Assembly: GCA_951406725.2 (NCBI GenBank)
Contig: OX597814.1
Coordinates: forward strand, 180,110,001-180,174,000
Direction: 5' to 3'
DNA from: Octopus vulgaris
Lineage: Eukaryota
DNA: 64,000 nt
Both the position numbers and the translations under genes were made by a program. Under the pieces are notes generated by a model, which saw nothing but the letters and a program-made list of their open reading frames with translations, did no database searches and was not told where the DNA came from. Shown here piece after piece: positions 1-13,416 of this stretch (position 1 is its first letter; the number at the start of each line of letters is the position of its first letter).

Positions 1-154
1 TCACAGTGTTATTTCAACTAGGAGTGTTAGTGGAAGCCGAAACTAAAAACTATAATACGTTGAATAAACCTCACAGTTCTAGTTGCTTTTACTCTTGCAG
101 TTGTTTGACTCCAGGTCATCCCTTGTGGAACTTACCTGACTTGTAGCTGTCATC

Positions 155-333
155 TTTTACTTCTTTCAGTCATTGGACTGCGGCACCGCTGGAGAAACGT
201 TTTAAAGGCTTTAGTCAAATCGACCCCGGGACTCATTCTATCGGCCTTTTTTTTTTTACCGAACTGCCATTTTACGATGCCATACACAAACCAACGCCGG
301 TTTACCAGCATTGGTAGTGGACAAACACGTGAC

Positions 334-428
<95 letters not shown>

Positions 429-650
429 TGTGTATGTGTGTGTTTGTCTTTACTGATAGCTAGCTACTTAGACAGACAGACAGACAGAAAGACAGATAGA
501 TGAGCTTCAACACAGATTCTGTCTACGAAATTCAGTCACAAGGCATTGGTCGATTCGAGTGCATAGTAGAAGACACCCAAGGTGCCGCGCAGTGGTACTG
601 AACCCCAAACCACATAGTTAAGAAATTAGCTTTTAACCACGCCTATGTTC
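155..650 (-). mobile_element. Degenerate tRNA-derived SINE, family B, with internal (GT)n/(GA)n expansion
   Basis: Matches the family B copies at 12976 and 50674 in reverse (cttttacttctttcagtcattggactgcggc ... ccaaggtgccgcgcagtgg). Confidence 0.7.
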
Positions 651-3047
651 AAAGGTATCATTCTAGCCGTGTCCATCACATCTCATCAGATACATTTCCA
701 TACCATCCTTCTTTCAATCAAAGACGATAGAATGTGAATTGAAGGTGATCTGGCTGTCACTTCTAGAGGTAGGACGACAGCAAATAGGCTCCCTAACTAC
801 TTTGTTGCTGAGTTTTACTGGCACAGTTGTTTAGGTGGAGCCCTTCCAGAATGTCCTGATCCCTAAAATAAATTTCTTAGTGAAGAAGTCTAAAACTTAT
901 GGGCGTTTATTCATCTCATATTAACCTTTATGTTGTCGTTTAAATCTCAAACTATATGGTCGCCATTTTAAAGTAAATACTTTGCTGAGAGAGAAAGAAA
1001 GAGAGAGAGAGAGGGAGAGAGAGAGAGAGAGAGAGATGGCAGAGAGAGGGAGAGAGATAGTAGAGAGAGGGAGAGAGAAAGACGCCTAGCTTTAGAGACT
1101 GAGTCATTTCTACAGTTCATTTGTTGACTTTTTCGAGTAATTGTTATCGGGAATTGTTATTGCTTTTCTTGTTATTGGTGGTAGGATGTTTAGCCCTAGG
1201 TGGTCCAGGATAAGCGGACTTATAGTCAAATGTGTTCCAGCCATGATCACTCAGTTTATTTCTAACCGTTATGTACCGCAGACTAGGCGTGTTTTTACTT
1301 GAAGATGATTGCATGTGGTTCGAAGAAGCTCGAGCCGCTTTTTCAAGCAGGTCGGGCAAAAAAGTAACAAAACCACTTTTCCTCTGACAGGTTGAGTTTA
1401 TTATAAGATATGAAACCTTAAATAATTGACGCAGTAACGCTTCATTGTTCATAAAGAAATGGCAATAAAAGGGTTACACGATATAAAATTACTATGACTG
1501 ATTTCATTTAAGTCTGCCATAAACTGAATTTGATATGTTCATATAAGATCAAGCAATTAACGAATGTCCAAGAGATTTTATAGACCAGAACTTAAAACTG
1601 CACTCATTCAACCATGTGGTTTAACCGCACAGATTAATTTAATTAAGCTCCTGGCAGCTGATTTGATGCCTGACTTTTATAAAAATCAGAAACAGATTCA
1701 CCGTAGACAACGCTTTCAAGTATCAGCAACAGTCAAGACATCTCGTCTGAAACAAATCATCATCATTAACAATGTTATCGTTGTCATCGCCGTCATATCA
1801 TCATCATCATGCTACCACCCAAAGTTTTAAACACTGTTATTCCTATCATTGTTAAACATTTTTTCTTTCTTTTTTCATGTGGGGAGTCGTTTAAACACAA
1901 TGTTCTAACTTCCAATTTTTTTTTCTCCATTCGCTCTCAACATTCCCCAGTCAGAGGCATTTAATTGTGGGGCTCAAGTCATTTGATGGTGGGAGGTAGA
2001 GATCTTTTTTTCTTTTTTCAAAGATTGTCCAACAATGATACATTATTCTATAGTTCTCTTCTATATCATGGAAAACTTCGTTCTGTACAATTACAATTTT
2101 CTCTGTACTCTTTTCTGCATCAACAATATTATTTTTTTAAATCCTGATTTGTTATACCTTATAGTAGCTGGCTTCAAAAAATGTGTGTGAACAAGCATTT
2201 AAACTATTATTGAGGTTTATTTTATTCATTTTTTATTTTTATTGTTTTATTTTTTTTCATTTTATAGAAACTTGTCAGCTTGGTAGTGACACATTATTCA
2301 ATCCGGTTAGTGTGATTTCTCACTAAAAGCATATTATTTATTTTGAAATAGTGAGGAAGTTGTTGATTAGATACCTATAGGCTGAAGTTGTATGTCTGAA
2401 AACATTGTCAACTCACTTAAAATAACTTAAGAGTAAGCGTGAACACTTCACCTCACTGACGTATAGTCTTTCTTTCCGTATAGATTAGTCCCAAGAACAA
2501 AGCTAATTCTCATAAAATTCTCCAACTGTGCTAGACGGAAAGGAGAATTCCTGGAGATGGCATGCTGATAATATTTATTTTTCAGAGGACACCACACACT
2601 GCTTCACCAAAACCATTCCATTGAGTTTTAAATTCATAAAGGTTAATCGCTGAACAGAATACAAGATAAAACATGGGAAATAAAGTAGTTCCTAAGAGAA
2701 ACAGTTCTATGCACTAAAAAATGGGTAAAAGAAATCAGTGTTGATGCTATGAATTGAGGAGATAAAATATTTAGAGATAGAGGCAGTTCCTAAAAATCTA
2801 AATCTAGTGAATTTATGGCAAGATATATCGACCAAATTACAATAACTTCTTAACTGCTTGCTTTTGTCCAGTAACCTAGTGGTTCGAGAAATAAAAATGA
2901 TAAAATATAAGGTATACTTTAAAAAAAATAATTATTGGGCTCAATATTTACGTCTAAATACGTGAGGCTGATTTCACAACATGGCCACAATCTACAGATT
3001 AACTTAAGCATATGTGTGTGTGTGTAAATATATATATATATATATAT

Positions 3048-4278
3048 GCACTTTTTTTATCCAAGGGGAGGCAATTCGAGCAACAACCACAGGAACATCA
3101 CAAAATTCAAAGATAGACCAAACACATACAAATCTTATACTAATTTATATCTAAACAGTCCGACACTTAAAAAAAAATTTTAATTCAGTAATATATAAGT
3201 ATCATATAAAAATATAAATATAAATATAAATTTTGCATATAACACGCTTAAAACTGTTAGAATAAGAGAAATAAATATAATGATAATAAAAATATGGCTT
3301 ATCAAAAGACGAATAAAATTCCGGTGAATAATACATAGAATATAATACATATACAAGCTTACAAAAATATAAGATATACAGAAGTCCATCTACGGACCGT
3401 TTCGGGGATGTGCCAATTAATATTAGACATATCAGTACTTAAAATAGTACTTAAAATTGGCACTCCCCTCATCAGGATGTCCTATACAACACATATAAAA
3501 CATGAACAAATACACAATCACATACCGGCCATTCTCAGAACACGGTATTTACGTACCCCCAGAAATTTTTTTCGTCGATCCTGAGTGGAACTTTATACGC
3601 ATACAACTCGATCCAGCCGCCATAGTAAATTGTATGCTCACAGCGCCATCTGGACCATTTCACTTCAGCACTTAATTTATTTTATTTTAATTTATTTTAT
3701 TTCAATTTTATAAATTCTCCCATACATGCAAAGCCACATATTCAGGTTCGAGTCCTCGACTAACAGCTATCTTTTTAATAATTACATTACTTTAGTTTTA
3801 TCTCGTTTATCACCCACTATACTAACTAAACTTAATTCGATTGTTATTGCTTAGCTCTAACTTTTATTGCTATTTCTATTTCTAAATTTCCTATGGAACG
3901 TCGAGTGGATCTCATGCGTACACGCCGGTATTGCATCTGTGAACTTATTTAACACTGCGTTGTTGTAATTTTTCAATATAGTATATGCCTGCCTCCCGGG
4001 GAGGCATGTGCAAGGATAGCCCATGATGTTTTAAATTCAACATTCCTTTCCTTAAGGTCATTAACATGTAATGCCAATGTTGTAGAGGTCCTATATTTAG
4101 GATTGTTGAAAGAGCTCAGGTGGGATCGATACCTCTGCTTAAAGTCTACTGTACTTCCAATATATGTTTAGATATAAATTAGTATATAAGATTTGTATGT
4201 GTTTGGTCTATCTTTGAATTTTGTGATGTTCCTGTGGTTGTTGCTCGCATTGCATCCAATTGGATAAAAAAAAGTGTA
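3048..4278 (-). mobile_element. Penelope-like element 3' fragment (GIY-YIG endonuclease remnant) bounded by ~110-bp inverted repeats
   Basis: Minus strand from 4167 reads TYIGSTVDFKQRYRSHLSSFNNPKYRTSTTLALHVNDLKERNVEFKTSWAILAHAS, a PLE-type GIY-YIG segment. 3048-3157 is the reverse complement of 4165-4278. A hammerhead motif lies inside. Confidence 0.85.
3387..3479 (-). ncRNA. Type I hammerhead ribozyme (PLE-associated)
   Basis: Minus strand: CAUC-CUGAUGA-GGGGAGUGCCAAUU...AAUUGGCACAUCCCC-GAAAC-GGUCC-GUA-GAUG. Core intact, long stem II, short stem III, GUA cleavage triplet, stem I CAUC/GAUG. Confidence 0.8.
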
Positions 4279-4354
4279 TACAGCTCATTGGAGCACTTCT
4301 ATTTCCAGTCCGTTGTATATCTTGAGCGTTGTTGTCACTCAAGATATAACTTTG

Positions 4355-4407
<53 letters not shown>

Positions 4408-4408
<1 letters not shown>

Positions 4409-5300
4409 GAGGTCTGATCACTAAGTATCCGGACTGTTGCCATAGTAACGAGTCTAAAGTATGTAGAGTAAAGCCGCTTTGCACAGATTAACCTTGGACT
4501 CTGCTGTGCATGCGCACTAAGTTTTAAGAATCTAGCTTACTTCCATTGTCTACAGCAGAGCTTGGAAGGCACGAGTGTAGAGTGTGATCGTCTTATTGAC
4601 CATGGCAGAGAAAGCTGTCATGGCGATACCTGCTCCGAGGCCTATGAAAAGTTGCAGAAAGTGTATGGAGAGAGTGTATGAGCCGTACACAAGTGTACGA
4701 GTGGTTCAGACGTTTCCAAGATGGTCGAAAAAATGTCGATATTAACGAACGTTCTGGGAGGCCTGCAACCAGTAGAACTGAGAAAAACATCGCAGATGTG
4801 CGTGCAGCTTTGAGGGGAAATCGTCGAATCACCATTCGTGTCTTATCAGAGGATGTGCAGATTAGTTACGGTTCAGTCCATTCCATTATCACTGAAAATT
4901 TGGGTATGAGACGCATGTGTGCCAAGTTTGTGCCAAAACGGCTCTCAGCTGACCGAAAAACACTCGGTTCTCAGTTGCACAAGATCTCCTTGATTGTCCC
5001 AAGAACGATGAAAATTGTTAGAAAACTTTGCGTAGGCCTCTGAGTAGGTATCGCCAAGCTTTTGGCAAAATCTGATGCAGATTCTCTGCTTAATGTTCTC
5101 TATCATAATCAATGAGACGATCACACGCTACAAACCTTACTGCCAACTACCGCAGTAAACAGCGGAATTGAGCTAGAATGTTAAAGATTAGTGCTCATGC
5201 ACAGTAGAGTTCAAAGTCAATTTGTGTCAAACGGATTTACTCTGAGTGCTTTAACTTCGTTACTATAACAATAGTCCGATTACTTATTGATCAGACCACG
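4408..5300 (+). mobile_element. Internally deleted mariner transposon
   Basis: TIRs cgaggtctgatcactaagtatccggact / agtccgattacttattgatcagaccacg in a TA context. ORF 4678-5043 (MSRTQVYEWFRRFQDGR...RSGRP...NRRITIR...LGMRRMCAKFVPK) is the mariner HTH region. No DDD catalytic domain. Confidence 0.9.
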
Positions 5301-5436
5301 TATGTATGTATGTATGTGTGTGTGCATGTATGTATGTAAATATGCATGCATATACATACATATAACGTATATGTGTACACACACATATACACATACACAC
5401 ATACATATACATATATATATGTACACACACACACAC

Positions 5437-5549
<113 letters not shown>

Positions 5550-5657
5550 CCTGCTCGCTTAGCCAGCGGGGTGGCATCGTTCGAAGGCTAAAACAATGCG
5601 AACGCATTGTGACCAGCGATGTAATGCAACATCTGATGGTCTGGTCGATCACGTGAT

Positions 5658-5716
<59 letters not shown>

Positions 5717-6267
5717 GACAAACAGACAGCTAGCTAGTTAGATATATATATATAAAACATATGTTCTCACTCTTTCTTTCACGGGCTGTTTTATTCATTT
5801 AAAAGATGGCTTTATTCTAAAATTTCTGCACTAGAGTGTTTATCAGCTTAGGCGCAGGAGTATCTCTTCATAATATTCACATCAACATTTTCATGACTGT
5901 GAAAACTACCATAAACACCACTACTATGATCATTACAACCACCACCATCGCCAAAAACAATAACCAACCAAAACTACAGCCAACAACCATCAACGTTAGC
6001 ACCATCGCTCTAACCACGGTTTCAGAAGAGTAGAAGCGACACGAAACACTGGAGTATAAGTGTTAGCATTTAATAGTCAAAGGAAAGGGAGAAATCAAGA
6101 AAAGGCTTCGGTGTAAAAAAAACAAAAAAAACATGGCGCCCATCAAGAGTCAACTAACCGTTGCAGACGATACGTTTTCCAGCTGTCAAATTTGTATGGA
6201 GTTGGTTTAGTCTGTTATCGTGGAATTTGTGTTAGTGTGAGCGTGTAGGTAGGTACGTACGAGTCTT

Positions 6268-6429
<162 letters not shown>

Positions 6430-6899
6430 GGCAGGCAGATAGAGATGTGTGCAAATATATATATATGAATGCATTTATGTATATGCGTGCATTTATAATT
6501 GTACACGTGTCTGCATGTATGTAAGGCGTGGCTGTGTGATAAGAAGCTTGCTTCACAACCACATGGTTCCGGGTTCAATCCCATAGTGTGGTGTTTTGGG
6601 TAAGTGTCTTCTACTATAACCACGGCCCGATCAAAGCCTTGTGAATGGTTTTGGTAGACTGAAACTGAAAGAAGCTCGTCATGTGCGTGTGTGTATGTTT
6701 GTGTCAGTGTGTCTGTGTTTGTCCCCCCACCACCACATCACTGATGGGCAACGGTGTGTGTATATTTAACAGCGAGCCCTTGAAATAACTGAGATCCTTG
6801 TGGTTCTCGGGTGGTTCGGAAAATCAATATGTTACTGATTACTGCGTTAAAGAAGTGACTGAAATGTCGTTGATTTGTTATGAGCATCTATATATTATT

Positions 6900-7447
<548 letters not shown>

Positions 7448-7680
7448 GTTTCTTAATTGGCCACACAGGGCTGCACACAGATGGGACAAGTTACAAGGTA
7501 GAGCTTTTCTTTTGGGGGATGAAAAAAACAAAAAACAAAAGAAACAAAAAAAAGGGGGTGGCGTAGGTTTTCGATCAAGAGGGATCGTAAAAGGGAAGAA
7601 AAGAACAAAAAATAAATAAATAAAATAAAAAATTTAAAAAATATAAAAATAAAAATAAAGAAAAGGAAAAGGAACACCCC

Positions 7681-7748
<68 letters not shown>

Positions 7749-7773
7749 TGTATATGTATGTATATATATATGC

Positions 7774-7809
<36 letters not shown>

Positions 7810-7970
7810 CATGCATACCAAATCAGCGACACTCCAGTCCTTTCTTTGGCGCACTGATTTTCAGAACCACTCGAGAACCACAAGAATCTCAGTTATTTCA
7901 AGAGCAAGCCGTTAAACCGACGAAGGCATTTCATATCAGCTGTTGTAAACCACATCAAGCTGATATAAAC

Positions 7971-8107
7971 TATGTCATAGTAGGCGCATTAGGTATGATA
8001 AAAAAAAATATTCAGACAAATACATAACAAAAACACCAGGACTGACAAGTATATATAACAAAAAAATAACACCAATGGCACCTCACACATCCTACGTAAA
8101 ACACTTT
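7971..8107 (+). mobile_element. Short degenerate 3' fragment of R4/Dong-type LINE
   Basis: VIVGALGMIKK and similarity to 10290-10420. Confidence 0.7.
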
Positions 8108-8292
8108 TGCCCTCGTACATATTTTCGATTTGAATTTCTATAATTTTGAATTTTTTTTATATCACTTTTCATTTTGAACTCGACAAAGACAGGCTAACTG
8201 CCGAAATATAGTTCAACCAATAAAATATCTATTGCAATCGCATCGCGCTCTTCATATTGTCTAACAAAAACGACGACAACAACAACAACAAC

Positions 8293-8364
<72 letters not shown>

Positions 8365-8369
<5 letters not shown>

Positions 8370-8745
8370 TAAAACCTGCTGATTGAAATTGAGAAAATGT
8401 GGCATCTCAAGGCGGTTACAATACCAGTGATCGTAGGAGCACTAGGAATGATCAAGAAGGGAACTGAAAATTATATGAGAATGATCCCTGGCTTACCATC
8501 CCTGCAAGAAGTGAAAAAGATTGTCTTAACTGGTACATCACACGTATTGAGAAGAGCATTGTCGATGTGAGAACTATTACTACCCATGTATTTTAATTTC
8601 ACTTTATTTCTATCAAAATAAAAAAATTAACGAACTAGTGAGTTTAGTTTAATGGCCTACCAATGTATACTATGAGTTTCTTTGCCCTAGGAGTCGGGAA
8701 GACACTCGGCAAGAAATGGAAGCAGATTTGAAAGAAGAAGAAAAA
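8365..8745 (+). mobile_element. R4/Dong-type LINE 3' end (REL endonuclease C-terminus plus 3'UTR) within (TAA)n
   Basis: Reads KYKNLLIEIEKMWHLKAVTIPVIVGALGMIKKGTENYMRMIPGLPSLQEVKKIVLTGTSHVLRRALSM*. Flanked by TAA arrays. Confidence 0.85.
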
Positions 8746-8770
8746 CAATAATAATAATAATAATAATAAT

Positions 8771-8951
8771 CTGCCCAAGAGCAAGCACTAAGAACAAACT
8801 ACATAAAATACAGAATAGACAACACAGCAGAAATTGATAAGTACGGAATCTGTGCCTGGTGTACCCTTATCAGACGGGTAGTCATGGGTATACTGGGCTT
8901 CGTCTATTTTACCCCAGTGTCACTTTGATGGCATGCACTGCTCTCTCACTC
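8771..8951 (+). mobile_element. Chimeric R4/Dong fragment plus the 3' end of a second TAA-associated element
   Basis: AQEQALRTNYIKYRID motif at 8771-8850. 8851-8951 is nearly identical to 26192-26295. Confidence 0.7.
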
Positions 8952-8967
8952 AATAATAATAATAATA

Positions 8968-9038
<71 letters not shown>

Positions 9039-9039
<1 letters not shown>

Positions 9040-9695
9040 TTCTGTGCTGACACCAAACGAATATAAAAATCGCCACGATCGTGTAGGACAGTATTTACAT
9101 TGGAAAATATGTAAACACCACAAAATCAGCACTCCTGCTTACTGGTATAAAACATCATCCTGAGACAGTCGTTGAAAGTATAAATGTCACTATCCTCTGG
9201 GATTTTCTAGTCAACACTGACAGAAAGATCCAGGCTAATGGACCAGATATGATTATTAAAGACGGGAAAGAAAATACTTGTACACTAATAAATGTACGTG
9301 TTCCCACTGATAAAAACATATGTTAAGGAATTTGACAAAGTAAATATAAGGAAATGGAAATTGAAATACAAAAGATGTGGCATCTTCAAACGAGAACTGT
9401 TCTTGTTATTGTAGGTGCCCTGGGTATGATAAAAAAAAAAGGGATGTCAGAAACATCTAGATAAGATCCCAGGAGAACCATGTCTCAGATAAATCCAAAA
9501 GATTGTAGTGACAAGTACTGCCCACATCCTTAAAAAACCCAATCCATTTAAATGTCTGTGTTGTAATTCATGAAGATATTTCACTACTCCCCACCCCGAA
9601 GCTCTCAGTCATACTCTGACATCTCTTATCCTTCACTCGCCCCAGGACCCTGGGTGTGTCTCGGCAAGTGACAGTAACAAACATGCAGCTTAAAA

Positions 9696-9697
<2 letters not shown>
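9039..9697 (+). mobile_element. R4/Dong-type LINE 3' fragment (RHD plus REL domain, frameshifted)
   Basis: YKNRHDRVGQYLHWKICKHHKI...VTILWDFLVNTDRKIQANGPDMIIKD...VIVGALGMIKK. Bounded by (TAA)n. Confidence 0.85.
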
Positions 9698-9725
<28 letters not shown>

Positions 9726-9727
<2 letters not shown>

Positions 9728-10535
9728 GGTCACAGAAAACGAGAAAGCAACCATACTCTGGGATATGCCAATACACACAAATAGAGAAATTAAGGCCAAC
9801 AGACCAGATATAGTTGTCAGAGATCATGAAGAAAAAAAATGTTTTCTAATTGATGTATCAATACCAGCGGATGACAACGTTTCTCTAAAAGAAATGGAGA
9901 AACATTCAAAATACAAAGACCTGGAAATAGAGGTAACCAGAATATATTCACAGACATTACAGAGTTGGAACCTACATACACTGGAAGTTATGCCAACATT
10001 ATGGAATAACAACAGAAAAAAGATGGTATAGGCACACACCAGAAAAGGTCACAGAAAACGAGAAAGCAACCATACTCTGGGATATGCCGATACACAGATA
10101 GAGAAATTAAGGCCAACAGACCAGATATAGTTGTCAGAGATCATGAAGGAAAAAATGCTTTCTAATTGATATATCAATACCGGCAGATGACAACGTGTCT
10201 CTAAAAGAAATGGAGAAACTTTCAAAATACAAAGACCTGGAAATAGAGGTAACCAGAATGTGGAAACTAAAAGCAGAAACAATTCCTATTATAGTAGGTG
10301 CATTAGGCATGATAAAAAAATATTCAGACAAATACATAACAAAAACACCAGGACTTACAAACACATATAACATACAGAAAATTGCACTACTAGGCACAGC
10401 ACACATCATACGCAGAACACTTTCCATACAATAACCATCAGAGCATCACAACAAATCACAGCACATACCCAAGGCACACAGAGCTGCGCTCGGTTGTGAA
10501 GTGAAAGCACGCTATAAAAAATATACTACTGAATA
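9726..10535 (+). mobile_element. R4/Dong-type LINE 3' end with internal partial tandem duplication
   Basis: ILWDMPIHTNREIKANRPDIVVRD...FLIDVSIPADDNVSLKEMEKLSKYKDLEIEVTRMWKL...IVGALG (PD..D..K REL motif). 9727-9941 is repeated at 10046-10259. Confidence 0.9.
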
Positions 10536-10537
10536 AC

Positions 10538-10573
<36 letters not shown>

Positions 10574-10906
10574 CCTTTCTGCTATATGTACAAGGCCTGA
10601 AATTTCGGAGCGGAGTGTCTAATCGATTATATCGACCCCAGTGCTCAACTAGTACTCATTTTATCGATTTCGAAAGGATAATAATAATAATATTTCGGGC
10701 AAACGACAGCAGCTCTGAACGATGGGATTAGACGATTGGATGGATTCCAGTACTTGAATGATATTTATTGAACAATCAGTGAAAATCTACGTACTATGCA
10801 TTCAATTAATTACGTAAATGTCAAGTATATGCACAGATATGCAAATTAGACGGGGAAATGAAGTTTGTTTCCTCTATATATAGTTATAAGCTATTACTCT
10901 GACTAT

Positions 10907-11892
10907 AAGGCGACTAGCTGGCAACAACGTTAGCAGGCCGGGCAAAATGCATAGCCGTATTTCGTCTGCCGTTACGTTCAGAGTTCAAATTCCGCCGAGG
11001 TTGACTTTGCCTTTCATCCTTTCGGGGTCGATAAATTGAGTGCCTGTTACGCACTGGGGTCGATGTAATCGACTTGATCCGTTTGTCTGTCCTTGTTTGT
11101 CCCCTCTATATTTAGCTCCTTGTGGGTAGTAAAGAAACAGGTATTTCGTCTGCCGCTATGTTCTGAGTTCAAATTCCGCTGAGGTCGACTTTGTCTTTCG
11201 TCCTTTCGAGGTCGATTAAATAAGTGCCAGCTACGCACTGAAGTCGATGTAATCGACTTAATCCGTTTGTCTGTCCTTGTTTGTCCCTTCTATGTTTAGC
11301 CCCTTGTGAGCAATAAAGAAATAAGAATCGTTAGCACGCCGGGTGAAATGCTTAGCGGTATTTCGTCTGCCGCTACGCACTGGGGTCGATATAATCGACT
11401 TAATCCGTTTGTCTGTCCTTGTTTGACCTCTCTGTGCTTAGCCCCTTGTGGGTAGTAAAGAAAAAGGTATTTCGTCTGTCTTTAAGGCGGCGAGCTAACA
11501 GAAACGTTAGCACGCTGGGTGAAATGCGTAGCAGTATTTCGTCTGCTGTTACGTTCTGAGTTCAAATTCCGCTGTGGTCGACTTTGCCGTTCATCCTTTT
11601 GGGGTCGATAAATTAAGTACCAGATACGCACTGGGGTCGATTTAATCGATTTAATCCCTTTGTCTGTCCTTGTTTGTCCCCTCTATGTTTAGCCCCTTGT
11701 GGACAATAAAGAAATAGGTATTTCGTCTGCTGCTACGTTCTTAGTTCAAATTCTGCCGAGGTCGACTTAGCCAGGCATTCTTTCGGGGTCTATAAATTAA
11801 GCACCAGTTACGCACTGGGTTCGATGCAATCGATTTAATCCCTGTGTTTGTCCCCTCTATGTTTATCCCCTTGTAGGCAATAAAGAAATAAT
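10907..11892 (+). repeat. Tandem array of about 6 partial or complete family A SINE units
   Basis: Repeated gtatttcgtctgc...gagttcaaattccgccgaggtcgactttgcctttcatcctttcggggtcga...gccccttgtggg..taaagaaa units. The core resembles the Meta-SINE/Sauria-type domain (inference). Confidence 0.9.
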
Positions 11893-12360
11893 CACTCTAA
11901 CTGTGGACAGAACTTGCATAATTCTAGAATTTGCCAGCAGGGTAGAAGCTGATGCTTGTCTTCTCTATGAGAGTTTCCATGATAACATTGAATAAATTTA
12001 CAACTTTCCAAGAAGTGGGCATATTTGGAACACATGTTGACTTTCATCATGAATATCTTAAAACTATTTAAAAAATCATCTTTCTGTCTCGATTTCCTTC
12101 TGGTTGTAAGTGCACGTGCAGAAGTTGCAATTTCAGTATCCGGACAATTAACTAACGAACGTAATTAATCAAATTATTTGCAAATTTATACACACACACA
12201 CACACACACTTTCTCTCTCTCTCTTACTCTCTCTCCCTCTCTCTCATGCGCACGCGCGTACAAATACATAATTAGACATACTCGGTCATACACTTAGTAT
12301 CTTGCCCGGACGCATAATGGCAGGGTCGAATACCAGCACCTGAGCACTCTTAGTTCATGT

Positions 12361-12706
12361 GTCGTCATAAACTGGTGTGATAAATAGTGGGTCGCGACTC
12401 TAAAAAGTTTGGGAACCACTGCACTGATATACTTCATACCGATTTTCTTTTTCTTGCATACAAGAGGCCTTCATATCCATATCGAGGTTTCATATATATT
12501 GAATTCAAATTTTGGCACAAGACCAGCAAGTTCGTGGATGGGGTTCAGTTGATTATATTGACTCAATTGTTACTTATTTTACCGACCCCTATAGGATGAA
12601 AGGCAATGTTGACCTCGGCGGAATTTGAACTCAGAACGCAGTGGCAGACGAAATACCTATTTCTTTACTACCCACAAGGGGCTAACACAGAGGGGACAAA
12701 AGGGGC

Positions 12707-12707
<1 letters not shown>
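12361..12707. repeat. Left arm of a ~350-bp inverted duplication (partner 14831-15178)
   Basis: Near-identical reverse complement. ORF-track entries 12387+ and 14940- differ at only 2 residues. Confidence 0.9.
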
Positions 12708-12762
<55 letters not shown>

Positions 12763-12975
12763 CGTATATATATGTATGTATGGCTAAATCATACACAGAT
12801 GATAGATTCTGGGGTCCGGACAAAAACCCACTCTTTGGACTATGTGAATGAGAGGAAGATCATGGCGGGATCTCTGAATGGTTCAAGGTGCAACATCATG
12901 TCGTAGTAAATTAAACTTCAAATGATCCTCAACAATGAGGATTTCACTATTGTGTTTGATTTAATTTTTCAAAGA

Positions 12976-13142
12976 TAGGCGTATGAGTGGCTGTATGGTA
13001 AGTAGCTTGCTAACCAACCACATGGTTCCGGGTTCAGTCCCACTGCGTGGCATCTTGGGCAAGTGTCTTCTGCTATAGCCCCGGGCCGACCAATGCCTTG
13101 TGAGTGGATTTGGTAGACGGAAACTGAAAGAAGCCTGTCGTA

Positions 13143-13199
<57 letters not shown>

Positions 13200-13416
13200 G
13201 TGTGTTTGTGTGTCTGTGTTTGTCCTCCTAGCATTGCTTGACAACCGATGCTGGTGTGTTTACGTCCCCGTAACTTAGCGGTTCGGCAAAAGAGACCGAT
13301 AGAATAAGTACTGGGCTTACAAAGAGTAAGTCCCGGGGTCGATTTGCTCGACTAAAGCCGGTGCTCCAGCATGGCCGCAGTCAAATGACTGAAACAAGTA
13401 AAAGAGTAAAAGAGTA
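12976..13416 (+). mobile_element. Full-length tRNA-derived SINE, family B
   Basis: A-box-like gtggctgtatggt, B-box ggttcagtccc, central (TA)n/(TG)n, tail gaaacaag(taaaagag)2. Confidence 0.9.

Noticed and set aside
1144-1452. 102-aa minus-strand ORF (MNNEALLRQLFK...)
   Set aside because: No recognisable domain and no convincing partner exons. It cannot be supported without a database search.
10907-11892. CRISPR-like repeat array
   Set aside because: The units are SINE multimers without unique spacers, in eukaryotic DNA with no cas genes.
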